NCBI GenBank assembly: GCA_963669175.1
Contig: OY769902.1
Coordinates: forward strand, 1,120,001 to 1,184,000
Length of the DNA: 64,000 nt
From: a bacterium
Lineage (GTDB): Bacteria; Electryoneota; Electryoneia; Electryoneales; Electryoneaceae
Direction: 5' to 3'
Every line of letters starts with the position of its first letter. Within the stretch, counting starts at the first letter, position 1. The position numbers and the translations under genes were made by a program. Below the pieces are notes generated by a model. It was not told the DNA's origin. It worked only from the letters and a program-made list of their open reading frames with translations, and made no database searches. Positions 30,566-40,439 of this stretch are shown here, piece by piece.

Positions 30566-31696
30566 TCAGGCAGTATAGGAATCGTCTGGCGCTTGTCGCT
30601 CTCTCAGCCACCCTTTCTCCATGCACGTGTGGTGTAAAATATTGATCGCGCTATCAGCGTGGGCTGACTCAACACCCACCCAGTATTCACCTTTACGCTC
30701 CATATGCCCAAAAGTAGGAATACCTTTCTCTCTCAGGATAGAGGTAACCGACTCGTGGAGTCCCGGCACAGCGTGACATGTCGTGACGATGGTTATACCG
30801 GAAAACGGAGCATCTTCACCAGGTAGTCCGGCGCGCCAGGCAATCCAGCGGCCGCGGTGCTCAAAATACTGAATGATCTCATCTGTTGATGGTGGCGAAC
30901 CGACACCCATGCGTTGAACCAAACCATCCCTGCGGGCCAACCCGACCACCAACCCTTTGTCGAAGGGTTGATCCGTAATGATGGTACCCAGGGAATCCGT
31001 ATCGGTATTTCCAATAGCCAACGGTATCTTGTAGTCTCTGGCGATCTGAGCTGCTTCCGCCTGAAGCGCTTTTGTACCGCCTATACCAAGTCGTAGCGCG
31101 CTTTTATAATCGAGATGGTCAATCACCAGAGCTTCATCAACCTGTTGCGGATTGCCCGTGTAAAGACCGTCAACTTCTTTCATCAATTCGCAACGGTCCG
31201 CACCAATTGCAGCAGCAAGCGCCACGGCTGTGGCATCGCTGCCGCCACGTCCCAGCGTAGTGATCTCTTTTTCAATTGAAACGCCCTGGAAACCGGCGAC
31301 AACGACGACCATGTTTCGTTCCAGGGCTTCAAACAGGCGAGTCGGACGAATGTCAACAATGCGGGCATGACCATGCTTGGTGTCTGTAATGATGCCGACC
31401 TGGCTTCCGGTATAACTGATGGCGCCCAAGCCTTCCGCTTCGATAGCCAGGGCAAGAAGTGAACAACTGATGCGTTCTCCAACGGAGAGGAGCATATCCA
31501 GTTCGCGGCGAGGAGGGTCCGGATGAAGATCGTAGGCCATCTTCATCAGGTCGTCGGTAGTGCTGGCCATGGCGGATACAACGACTACAACTTCGTCGCC
31601 GGACCACCTGAGATCAGCAATCCGGGATGCGACCTGGCGAATTTTTTCTGGAGTGGCCAGGCTGCTTCCGCCGTATTTTCGTACAATTCGCGCCAC
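30566..31696 (-). CDS. lysC: Aspartate kinase
   Basis: KYGGSS, VVSAM, RELDMLLSVGE, TTLGRGGSD. C-terminal regulatory region divergent. Confidence 0.9.
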   Translation of the reverse strand: MARIVRKYGGSSLATPEKIRQVASRIADLRWSGDEVVVVVSAMASTTDDLMKMAYDLHPDPPRRELDMLLSVGERISCSLLALAIEAEGLGAISYTGSQVGIITDTKHGHARIVDIRPTRLFEALERNMVVVVAGFQGVSIEKEITTLGRGGSDATAVALAAAIGADRCELMKEVDGLYTGNPQQVDEALVIDHLDYKSALRLGIGGTKALQAEAAQIARDYKIPLAIGNTDTDSLGTIITDQPFDKGLVVGLARRDGLVQRMGVGSPPSTDEIIQYFEHRGRWIAWRAGLPGEDAPFSGITIVTTCHAVPGLHESVTSILREKGIPTFGHMERKGEYWVGVESAHADSAINILHHTCMEKGWLRERQAPDDSYTA

Positions 31697-31763
31697 GTTC
31701 TGCTAAGCAACCTCACAAGATGACTGGCTTGGTTGACAATCCTGCATTAGTCCCGTTCCTGAA

Positions 31764-32585
31764 TCAGGATTTCCGGGGCGCCAGGCGAGGCGAACCTTTT
31801 TCTTCCTTATCCACCCCGTGGACTCGCTCAAATATCTGCTGCAACCGTGTGCGTAACAGTTCTTCCGACATGCCACGGTCAAGGAATTCAGCTTTGTAGG
31901 CCAACGATATCTGCCCGGTTTCTTCACTCACCACCACAACGGCTGCATCGGATTCTTCCGTGATCCCCAACGCCGCACGATGTCGTGTACCCAGGCTGGG
32001 ATCAATGTTGCTCATGGTGGTCAGGGGGAGTATACAACGGGCGGCTTCAATGATATTGCCATTAATGACAACCCCGCCGTCATGCAGTGGGGTGCGTGGG
32101 AAGAAAATGCTGACAATAAGCTCCGCGGTGGCTTCCGCCTGTACTTTCACTCCGGTTTCCAGGATTGCACGCAATCCCATATCACGCTGCAAAACAATGA
32201 GCGCACCGTAGCGTTTTTGTGAGAGATCTGTTGCGGCCCGGCAGATTTCATCGATAATACGAGTGGTCTTCATACGAAAGATTCTGCGTACCAGGCGTCC
32301 CTGACCCAACTGGATGAGCACACGGCGTAATTCGGGTTGGAACAGAATCACAAATGCGATAACCCACACCTGTGCGATACTGTCAACCAGCCAACTCATG
32401 CCCTTCAGCCCCATCAGACCGACCAACACACTGATTCCAAGAATCAGGATCAGCCCGGCAAACATCTGCGACGCCCTGGTGCCGCGCATGATATCGTACA
32501 TCTTGTAAAAGACAAAGGTAACCAGTACGATATCAATAATATCGATCAGGGTGAAACTGATGAAGCCGATGTGAAACAATTCCAT
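31764..32585 (-). CDS. cdaA: Diadenylate cyclase CdaA/DacA
   Basis: Three TM helices, FQPELRR, TPLHDG, GTRHRAA, VSEETG. Confidence 0.93.
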   Translation of the reverse strand: MELFHIGFISFTLIDIIDIVLVTFVFYKMYDIMRGTRASQMFAGLILILGISVLVGLMGLKGMSWLVDSIAQVWVIAFVILFQPELRRVLIQLGQGRLVRRIFRMKTTRIIDEICRAATDLSQKRYGALIVLQRDMGLRAILETGVKVQAEATAELIVSIFFPRTPLHDGGVVINGNIIEAARCILPLTTMSNIDPSLGTRHRAALGITEESDAAVVVVSEETGQISLAYKAEFLDRGMSEELLRTRLQQIFERVHGVDKEEKGSPRLAPRKS

Positions 32586-32808
32586 GAGACCACCTGGATA
32601 TGCAAACACTGGGGCCGATTCAGGATGGGTGCACAATGCAGGAGGTACAGGCGAGCCTCCCGTACTCCACCTGCCCAGTATTAATAAATACGTAACTTTT
32701 CGCCGTATTCCAAACGAACCGCTGTGCTCATGGGGCAACGGGTTAATCATTATCAAACAAAAACGCACCCGAATTCGGGTGCGTCAGAATTTGCGAAGGT
32801 TGTCTTTC

Positions 32809-33135
32809 CTAGCGATAATCAGTCCCTGTGGGAACAGGATGATGTCCATTATACGCTGAATACACGAAGGGCATTTCTTTCATGCCGACAGCAGCACCCT
32901 CGGGGTTTTCCTGTCTTTCATGCCTGCCCTGCATTTCATGATCACATTCCGGGCACCAGGTATACCGTCGTTGACGATTCCCGCAAGCCCTGCCATGCTG
33001 GCATACGTAATAGATACCGGCTGTGTGCAGTAAACGCCCTTCCGGCGTTAAATCGCTGATACCGTAGCCTCCATCAAGATATCTGATACCTACGGTCTTT
33101 TCATGCTCGACCAGGAGCTCGTCACCTAAACGCAT
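32809..33135 (-). CDS. Small hypothetical protein with Cys motifs (possible Zn-binding)
   Basis: AAGGA RBS before ATG 33135, CQHGRAC...WCPECDH. Confidence 0.5.
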   Translation of the reverse strand: MRLGDELLVEHEKTVGIRYLDGGYGISDLTPEGRLLHTAGIYYVCQHGRACGNRQRRYTWCPECDHEMQGRHERQENPEGAAVGMKEMPFVYSAYNGHHPVPTGTDYR

Positions 33136-33450
33136 TTTCTTTCCTTTCGCACCGTTACACTGTGTCATAGGGATCCTCGTTGGTTCACCACGTGCTGTTA
33201 TAAAATCGGGATACTCGCACACAAAAAACAATAGCCATTTTGTTAAAATCTCTGTATACAATATGACTACATCACTATCTAACTTGAACTAATGTACTCA
33301 GTTCCAAGCAAAATAAAGGTGATACCGAACACATAAAAATTACCATTTTTTTCTGTTCCAGCCTGTCATCAGTATTATAAACCCGCCTATAGAATTATCG
33401 TCAGTTTCGGGGATTATCATAACCTGTCATGTAATTCTGTCCACCTGGCT

Positions 33451-34809
33451 TCATTTTCCAGGCTTGCTATTCGCCAGCAATACATTCGCTTCCGGCATCC
33501 ACCAGGAGGTAAGCACACCAAGTAGCGCCAGCCCTCCCAATATAATCAGCAGTATCTGCACCCCGTATACCTGGGCAATCACTCCCAAGACTCCTCCAGC
33601 GAGAGTGAGGAGACCGGAGAAAGTATTGGAGAACGCGACATAGGTCGGGCGGTCCTGGTCGGGCGCAGCATCCACCACATACGTCTTACGTCCCAGCCGG
33701 ACGCCAGCGGTTGCCAGCCCTGAAAGGAAGAAGACCGGAGTATAATACCAGGGAGAAGCGTTGTCGCCGAGGACCATGCCGATTACCAGCGCAACGCCAA
33801 CCGTAACGGCCGAAATCCAACACCCGGCCATAAGCACTTTCCTGCTGGAAGTGTCGGCAAATTTTCCCCAGATACTGCTGGAAACCGTTGCAGATATGCC
33901 AGTCACGAGGACAAACAACCCCAGGTTGCCGATGTTACCGCCAAACAGGGAGCGTGCATGGAGGGCATAAAACGGTAACGCCAGCTCCACAGCCAGCAAG
34001 GCAAAGCCACGAGCCGTCAGGAATTTCCCGAAACCCGGGGTCTGCCTGATCAGTTCGAAACCACGCCCGGCTTCTTTGATCGCGTTACGTCCACCCTCTT
34101 TTGCGCCGGGTACTTCGGAGATCATCCCGAAAAACACGGCAGCCACCGCCCATAACACGACAGCTATCCCGATCAGCCAGAGATAGACATGGATATCCTC
34201 ATTGCCCTGAAGTGTAAGTTTCAGCCATAATCCCACACCCAGGGTGAGGATGCCGCCAATCGTAGCGCGAACACCGAGCAGACGTCCGCGCCGTTTCTTC
34301 GGTATCGTTTTGCCGACCACATCGCTGAAAGCTACCGACCCCATACCGCTGGCCATGGCGAAAAGGGTAAGCAACACCAGAACAGCCCAACCTGCTGCTG
34401 ATCCAGGCAGAAGTAAAGCAGCAGCGATCATTCCCGCCAGCATGACGGCTTGAATGATCCCGGCAGCAGTCCAGAACCATTTTCGCCTGGGAAAGCCACG
34501 TATGGTTCCGGCGACAGCCAATTGAGGGATCAGCGAACCGGCTTCTTTTGCCGGAGTGAGCCAACCGGCAATCATGGTAGGAGCGCCAAGAGCAGCGAGG
34601 AACCATGGCAATACCAGGCCGGGGCTTGCCAGTTGCTCCGCCAGTTTGGTGCAGGCGCCGTTGATTGCGTTCAGGAAAAAATTGCGGGGGACATCCGTGC
34701 AGGCCTGCTCCGGGATCGCCTCACAGGCACGGTGCTCCTCTTCGGTGGTGATGAACTTGTAGGTTGTCTCGATGAAACTCTTACTCTTCATGCTCCTTGT
34801 TTCCCTCAT
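33451..34809 (-). CDS. MFS transporter
   Basis: About 12 TM helices, DVVGKTIPKKRRG and WGKFAD motifs. Confidence 0.88.
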   Translation of the reverse strand: MRETRSMKSKSFIETTYKFITTEEEHRACEAIPEQACTDVPRNFFLNAINGACTKLAEQLASPGLVLPWFLAALGAPTMIAGWLTPAKEAGSLIPQLAVAGTIRGFPRRKWFWTAAGIIQAVMLAGMIAAALLLPGSAAGWAVLVLLTLFAMASGMGSVAFSDVVGKTIPKKRRGRLLGVRATIGGILTLGVGLWLKLTLQGNEDIHVYLWLIGIAVVLWAVAAVFFGMISEVPGAKEGGRNAIKEAGRGFELIRQTPGFGKFLTARGFALLAVELALPFYALHARSLFGGNIGNLGLFVLVTGISATVSSSIWGKFADTSSRKVLMAGCWISAVTVGVALVIGMVLGDNASPWYYTPVFFLSGLATAGVRLGRKTYVVDAAPDQDRPTYVAFSNTFSGLLTLAGGVLGVIAQVYGVQILLIILGGLALLGVLTSWWMPEANVLLANSKPGK

Positions 34810-34886
34810 CTGACGCGATCACTTCATTACTTGCGTATCGGGCCACCTGACCTGTCAAACTAAATAGAATTGGGTGTTGCTGATAG

Positions 34887-35120
34887 AAAATCGGGACTGC
34901 TACACTTTTCTGCAAGCGATATTACCTGAACACAAGGTTAATGATGGATGAACACTGGCCTTCAAAATAGTAACAAGAGACAGAAAAGGTAGCTGTCCCA
35001 GGATTTTCGGCGGATCTCGAACAACAAGCTTGCGAAAAATCTGGTACAGTTACCTTTTCTTCCATATTGTCAAGAGTATCCTGTATTGGAAAACAAGAAA
35101 AGGTAACAGTCCCATTTTTC
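34887..35120. repeat. Cluster of four REP-like motifs in alternating orientation
   Basis: aaaatcgggactgctacacttttc, gaaaaggtagctgtcccaggatttt, aaaaatctggtacagttaccttttc, gaaaaggtaacagtcccattttt. Confidence 0.65.
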
Positions 35121-35153
35121 GCCGATTTTGTCACATCATTCACGCTGAAACAG

Positions 35154-36899
35154 TTACACCTTACTCCCATTCATCTTCACCATTTCTCCATTGTACAGGT
35201 AACGCTTAATCTTACGTGTAGAGGTTTTCTGGAATTCCTCTTCCACGATCCGGAAATGACGGATGTGCTTGTAATCGGACAATTCGTTTTGTGCTTCCTT
35301 GATCGCGTTTTTGATCAGGTCGCTGACATCTTCAGCCGTCGCTTTTTTCCCCTCTTTTTCGAAATGGAGGTCCACCTGTTCATAGTCAGGGAAGATCAAC
35401 GCGCCCACCTCATCGCCGTAGCCGGAAGAACGCGGTATGCCCAGAACAAGGCTCTCCGCAATGAAGTCGCTACGGTTCACCAGGTATTCAATTTCTTCCG
35501 GGAATACGTTTTTGCCACCGCCGGTCACCAGCAGGTTCTTCTTCCGGCCGGTGATCTGCAGGTAGCCATCGTCAAAGATGATGCCCAGGTCGCCGGTATG
35601 GAACCAGCCTTCCTTGTCGAGCACTTCTTCCGTGGCTTCCTTGTTCTCGTAATAGCCGGTGAATACGCTCGGTCCCTTTACCACCAGTTCACCGATTCCG
35701 TTCTCGTCTGGCTTGTCGATTTTTGCCTGTATGGTCGGGAAAGGCAGGCCGACACACTCATGACGGATATTCTTTGGCGGGGTCAGGTGTGTAATCGGGC
35801 TGGTTTCGGTAAGGCCGAACCCTTGCAACAAGTGAATCCCCAGGCGATTAAAGAACCGTGAGGTCGCCGGGTCCAGGGGGCCGCCACCGCTGACAAAGTA
35901 AACTACCGAACCAAGCCCGGCTTTATCACGCATGCTGCGGAACAGCTTGCGTCCCAATTTCTTCTCCGATGTCTCACCTTTTGCGGCCATGGCGTAAAGA
36001 AGGCTGAACAGAAAACGTGTGACCTTGCCGGCTTTTTTGATCTTACGGAGAATACCGGCGTGCATTTTTTCATACAGCAACGGTACGCCCAGCATGATAG
36101 TGACATTGGTCTTCTTGATATCTTCGAGTAGCTCGTTGGATTTCAGGCTTCGGGCATAGGTGATAGCCGCTCCGGCATACAGGGGGAACAGGAATCCTGC
36201 GGTGCCCTCGAAGCTGTGATGCACAGGCAGAACCGAAAGGAAGTTGTCGCCCGGCCCCAACGGCAGCGCACGATACGAGTCAGCCAGGTTGGTTCCCAGG
36301 TTGCGCTGGGTCAGGATCACACCCTTGGCATGGCCCGTAGTGCCGGAGGTGTACAGTAACGCAGCGATTTCATCCAGTTCACGTTTTGGCAGGGGATGAT
36401 CCAGTCCGTCTCCCTCATCCAGAACACGCGACCAGGGGATGGCGTCCATATAGATCGGTTCGTTGAAGCTGACGCAGCTCTCAAGCGTTGGACAGGTTTC
36501 CGATTCGGCGAGCTGTTCCAGGAAACGGGCGTGGGCGAAAAGCAGCTTCGTTTTCGAGTCGGTCAGGATGTGACGCACCCCGGAAATCGGCAGCAGTTTG
36601 TCCACGGGGACGGCAATCGCGCCGGAAGCTTGTATAGCAAGGTAGGCGATTGCCCATTCCGGGCTGTTGTCTCCTACTACCGCAACCTTGTCGCCTTTGA
36701 CAATGCCATGCTCGATCAGCCAGCGTGCCACACGTTGCACCCTGCGCCAGAGCTGGATGTAGGTTATTTCCGTGTGTTCTGTCCCGACAGGCGCACGCAG
36801 GGCTACGTTCTTGCCATACCATTCCGCACACTTCTGCGCCAGTTCGCTAAGTGGGAAAACTCCCTTGTGATCCCGATAAACCGGATAGGTCGCCGCCAT
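35154..36899 (-). CDS. fadD: Long-chain fatty acid-CoA ligase
   Basis: YTSGTTGHAKG, QGFGLTE, GWFHTGDLG, GRKK...GKNVFPEEIE. Confidence 0.9.
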   Translation of the reverse strand: MAATYPVYRDHKGVFPLSELAQKCAEWYGKNVALRAPVGTEHTEITYIQLWRRVQRVARWLIEHGIVKGDKVAVVGDNSPEWAIAYLAIQASGAIAVPVDKLLPISGVRHILTDSKTKLLFAHARFLEQLAESETCPTLESCVSFNEPIYMDAIPWSRVLDEGDGLDHPLPKRELDEIAALLYTSGTTGHAKGVILTQRNLGTNLADSYRALPLGPGDNFLSVLPVHHSFEGTAGFLFPLYAGAAITYARSLKSNELLEDIKKTNVTIMLGVPLLYEKMHAGILRKIKKAGKVTRFLFSLLYAMAAKGETSEKKLGRKLFRSMRDKAGLGSVVYFVSGGGPLDPATSRFFNRLGIHLLQGFGLTETSPITHLTPPKNIRHECVGLPFPTIQAKIDKPDENGIGELVVKGPSVFTGYYENKEATEEVLDKEGWFHTGDLGIIFDDGYLQITGRKKNLLVTGGGKNVFPEEIEYLVNRSDFIAESLVLGIPRSSGYGDEVGALIFPDYEQVDLHFEKEGKKATAEDVSDLIKNAIKEAQNELSDYKHIRHFRIVEEEFQKTSTRKIKRYLYNGEMVKMNGSKV

Positions 36900-36989
36900 C
36901 GTTTCTCCCCTGGATTGTTACGAAAAAGGAGTCTACGAACAAAAAACCCGAAAAAACAAGATTGAAAGGGTTTGTCAGTCAGGTTAAAC

Positions 36990-37025
36990 AAAGAAAAGGG
37001 ACAGACCCAAGCAAGGATCGGTCCC
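36990..37025 (-). terminator. Terminator-like hairpin upstream of fadD
   Basis: Minus strand gggaccgatcc-ttgct-tgggtctgtccc followed by ttttcttt. Confidence 0.6.
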
Positions 37026-37030
37026 GACAA

Positions 37031-37244
37031 CCTCGAAACCCAACTGGCAAGTATTCGGGCCATACCACCAAGGATTCAAAACGGAGCCCCCATGTTCCGA
37101 TGCACTTAAAGAGATGCAGGCAAATTCTGGTCACATGGGAGTATTAATACCATGCCTGAAGTGGGAACATGCTCACTTGCGGATCGAGTCACCCAGGTCT
37201 CTCTCCCATCCCGACTTGCTCAATGGCCGCATCACAGGATGAGG
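37031..37244. ncRNA. Candidate rod-shaped structured RNA (6S-like architecture), family unassigned
   Basis: Nested complementary blocks gcaagt/acttgc, cggg/cccg, gag/ctc, catgttcc/ggaacatg, cactt/aagtg, caggca/tgcctg, tggt/acca in an intergenic gap. Confidence 0.45.
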
Positions 37245-37407
37245 ACTCACAAGTGTTGTCAGCAGTACGAGAGAATCATATTACAACACGGGCAAATCGG
37301 GCCATGCACTTCACTGCAGAACTGCCGGAAACGTACAGGACCACCCCTGATTTTATATTTGCCCCCGAAACTTCTAGGCGGCGGTCTATTGCAATTGAAA
37401 CCAAGTG

Positions 37408-38088
37408 CTAATTCTTTACCTCTTCCCCCATACTCCAGACTGTATTCATCACCTCTTCCGCGACATGGTAGTAGGCTTCTTTGCGTGGCGGATCATCCTT
37501 CAGCAGGTCGGCCAGTTTGATCGGTTTGCCGAAATAGAGGCGGAGCGGGTGTTTCCGCAGGAAGACCTGGAGAATACGTTTCCAGCCGAACTCAAAATGA
37601 TAGGTGTTGACCAGCCGCATGGGCAGCAGGTCCGCTTCACCCCAGATGGCCAGCATCCCCACACCGGGTTTGATCTCACGGTCATTCGGATCGGGACGGC
37701 GTGTGCCTTGCGGGAAGATCAGCACGGCTTCATCGTTTTTCAATTGGTCAGTAAGCTTACGTATGGCTTCTTTGTCGCTACCGGTGCGTCGGATGGGAAC
37801 ACAACGGTGATAGAGTGTCCATTTCTTTAGTATTCCCTTGAACAATTGAATCTTTGCCGCATAAAACATTTCACGGGGAAAGGCAGAGCCTGCGATGGGC
37901 GGATCAATATTCGATTCATGGTTGCACACTACCAGCAGGCGTCCGGTGCGGGGGACGTTTTCCTTGCCGTACATCTTCAGTCCGAAAAAGACGCGGAAGA
38001 AAGTGATAACCGCCCAGCTCTCCAATGCGATCGGCCAGCGTTTTTTACCCCAGGTAAGGTGCTGTTTGGTGTCTGTGTTCTCTGTCAT
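37408..38088 (-). CDS. plsC: 1-acyl-sn-glycerol-3-phosphate acyltransferase
   Basis: NHESNID, IFPQGTR motifs. Confidence 0.9.
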   Translation of the reverse strand: MTENTDTKQHLTWGKKRWPIALESWAVITFFRVFFGLKMYGKENVPRTGRLLVVCNHESNIDPPIAGSAFPREMFYAAKIQLFKGILKKWTLYHRCVPIRRTGSDKEAIRKLTDQLKNDEAVLIFPQGTRRPDPNDREIKPGVGMLAIWGEADLLPMRLVNTYHFEFGWKRILQVFLRKHPLRLYFGKPIKLADLLKDDPPRKEAYYHVAEEVMNTVWSMGEEVKN

Positions 38089-38292
38089 GGTTCGCTAATG
38101 AGTTGTTTTTTCGTTTTTTTTTACGCATATCGAATATAATACTCACGGAATATGCTGATATTTCATCCTAATTACTTGCCTGGATTCCCACCTGCGTGGG
38201 AATGAATATCATCAAATTCTGTTAGAGCTTTCATCGTCAATAACAGGGACTGACCTGAAGTGGTCTGTCTCGTTGTTCGTAAAGATACAAGT

Positions 38293-38970
38293 TCAAATCC
38301 CAAACCGTACCCTCGCCAGTTCCAGTACTGCCTCCACCTGTCCGGGAATACTCATTCCGGTGGTGTCCAGGGGTACCGCGTCTTCGGCGATAACCAACGG
38401 GCTGTCAGCGCGTGTGGAGTCACGCTCGTCACGACGTTCCAGTTCCTCACGGACCTCACGGTGGTCAATCTCCATGCCCTTGGCGTGGTAGTCCGCAACA
38501 CGCCGCCGTACTCGTTCTTCCACGCTGGCGTTCAAGTAGACCTTCAACCCGGCATCAGGAAAAATGACGCTCCCGATGTCGCGTCCTTCCAGCACCGATG
38601 GTCCGGCAATGCCCAGTTCACGTTGAAGCTCAACCATACGCTTACGCACGAACGGATGCACACTCACCTGGCTGGCCGCTTCAGATACTTCCGGTGTACG
38701 GATCAGTTCGGTGACATCCTCTCCGTTCAATTTGACCGTAGTTGGCACACCCGGTTCCAGATCGATGGATACGTTTTGTGCCACGGGGCGGACATCTTCC
38801 TCGTTTTCCGGGCTTTTTCCCGCACGCAGAACTGCAAGCCCAAGGGTACGGTACATGGCGCCGGTGTCGATGTAACGCCAGCCCAAATGCTTGGCGACTT
38901 CCTTTGCCGTGGTCGATTTTCCCGATGCCGCAGGGCCATCTATCGCTATAACACTCAGATTTTCGCTCAC
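38293..38970 (-). CDS. cmk: Cytidylate kinase
   Basis: IAIDGPAASGKST, DTGAMYR, EGRDIG, RRDERDSTRADSPL. Start approximate. Confidence 0.95.
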   Translation of the reverse strand: MSENLSVIAIDGPAASGKSTTAKEVAKHLGWRYIDTGAMYRTLGLAVLRAGKSPENEEDVRPVAQNVSIDLEPGVPTTVKLNGEDVTELIRTPEVSEAASQVSVHPFVRKRMVELQRELGIAGPSVLEGRDIGSVIFPDAGLKVYLNASVEERVRRRVADYHAKGMEIDHREVREELERRDERDSTRADSPLVIAEDAVPLDTTGMSIPGQVEAVLELARVRFGI

Positions 38971-39157
38971 CACAATCCTCAGCTTTTCTGAAACGTCCGC
39001 AATATACAAGCGTATCAGTCCGTTTACCTCCCTCTTCACCTCAATTTTGGCGACTCTTACCGAAAGGTGACTATTCCCCGGGAGATGCATTTCTGGTCTT
39101 GCGTAAGGCTCTTCTTAGAACGCACTTTCGCCAGTTTTCTAATCGTTAGGGGTAACC

Positions 39158-39505
39158 ATGTTGAAAATCTGGCCGGTGCTGCTGCTGGCGTCATCCAACC
39201 TGTTCATGACCTATGCCTGGTACGGTCACTTGCGGGACTTGAAAGCGAAACCCCTGATCATGGTTATCCTGATCAGTTGGGGTATCGCGTTTTTCGAGTA
39301 TTGTCTTCAGGTTCCGGCTAACAGGATCGGTTTTCAGTCCTATTCACTGGGCCAGTTAAAGGTGATGCAGGAGATTATCACCATGATCGTCTTTGCCGGA
39401 TTTGCCTATTTCTACATGCACGAACGCTTGTCGCTTGATTTCCTTTGGGCAGGGTTATGCCTCGCCGGGGCGGCGTTCTTCATGTTCAGGCATATCAGCG
39501 TGTAA
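39158..39505 (+). CDS. DMT-family small membrane protein (DUF486-like)
   Basis: SNLFMTYAWYGHL, SWGIAFFEY..QVPANRIG, QLKVMQE. Confidence 0.88.
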   Translation: MLKIWPVLLLASSNLFMTYAWYGHLRDLKAKPLIMVILISWGIAFFEYCLQVPANRIGFQSYSLGQLKVMQEIITMIVFAGFAYFYMHERLSLDFLWAGLCLAGAAFFMFRHISV

Positions 39506-39627
39506 GAAGTCGTTTGGCCTTATTGTTTGTTGTCGGGATGTAGACCACAACTGTGGTTCACATATGGCTTTGCTGCATACTTCCTGCTTTTGCATGAGTG
39601 TCCCAGGGAGTAGATCCCGGACAACGC

Positions 39628-40103
39628 TAACCCGAAGATTTCACCACTGGCAATTTCAATCTGATACTTGATGGAACGGCCAGTACAAGAACCACGGCAG
39701 TGGTTCCCTGAATTAGCCCACCGTCCAGCGCCGTCTGTTTGGCGCTCACGGTGGGAATAGGATGTACGCTACTTGCCAACCACGGCAGCGGGTTGCCTGA
39801 ATATTTCCACTGTATACTTTTGATATTTATCAGGTTACTCCTTTCGGGGTAAATATATGGTGCGCATTATCTCCCCGGGTAGCCGCCAAACTGACGGCGG
39901 CTGCCCGGGGCTAATACAGGTTGCCCCTGCCGGGGCGGTTGCCGATTCTCAGCCTATTTTGCCAGCGAAACAGGGAATAGACACGCAAAGGGATACCGGA
40001 GCAAACTGTCCCCTGAAAAATGCTGTATGAATCAGTTGTAATGTGTTGATATGAAATGTGTTAAGATGATTATCCTTGTTTCGTTCATGAAATATTCGGG
40101 CTA
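39628..40103 (-). mobile_element. MITE family B, complete inverted copy
   Basis: Reverse complement of 20183-20657, ends TAACCCGAAGATTTCA / TGAAATATTCGGGCTA. Confidence 0.88.
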
Positions 40104-40385
40104 AACAGCAGCGTTTCCGGGATGACGTAGTGGACAGTATTATTTACAATCATGCATTCATGGCTGCCTGGCCCGACTGCTTGCTGTCGGGATTCTGATA
40201 ATGCATTTGGCTCCGCCGGCTTGAAGCATGCCGAAGCTTGCGTAGGCGGCTGCCCGGCGGCGGTCTATTTTAATTCTATTCAAGAGGTTAGTTCTTCGGT
40301 TGTCCAATTCTTGTATGTGAAAATTCTTAGGCAATCCGCTGCCGGGGGTGATCTGTCATTTGTGAAATATCAGAACCAAAGTCAA

Positions 40386-40416
40386 AGGGCCAGACCGTGT
40401 GCAACGGTCTGGCCCT
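40386..40416 (-). terminator. Rho-independent terminator
   Basis: agggccagaccgt-gtgca-acggtctggccct hairpin downstream of the minus-strand gene ending at 40440. Confidence 0.7.
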
Positions 40417-40439
40417 GTAATGATGACAAAAGGTTGATC

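Noticed and set aside
37130-37215. Glycine riboswitch on the minus strand (GGAGAG...TCAGG)
   Set aside because: It lacks the CCGAAG element and tandem aptamer, and the rod-like pairing explains the region better
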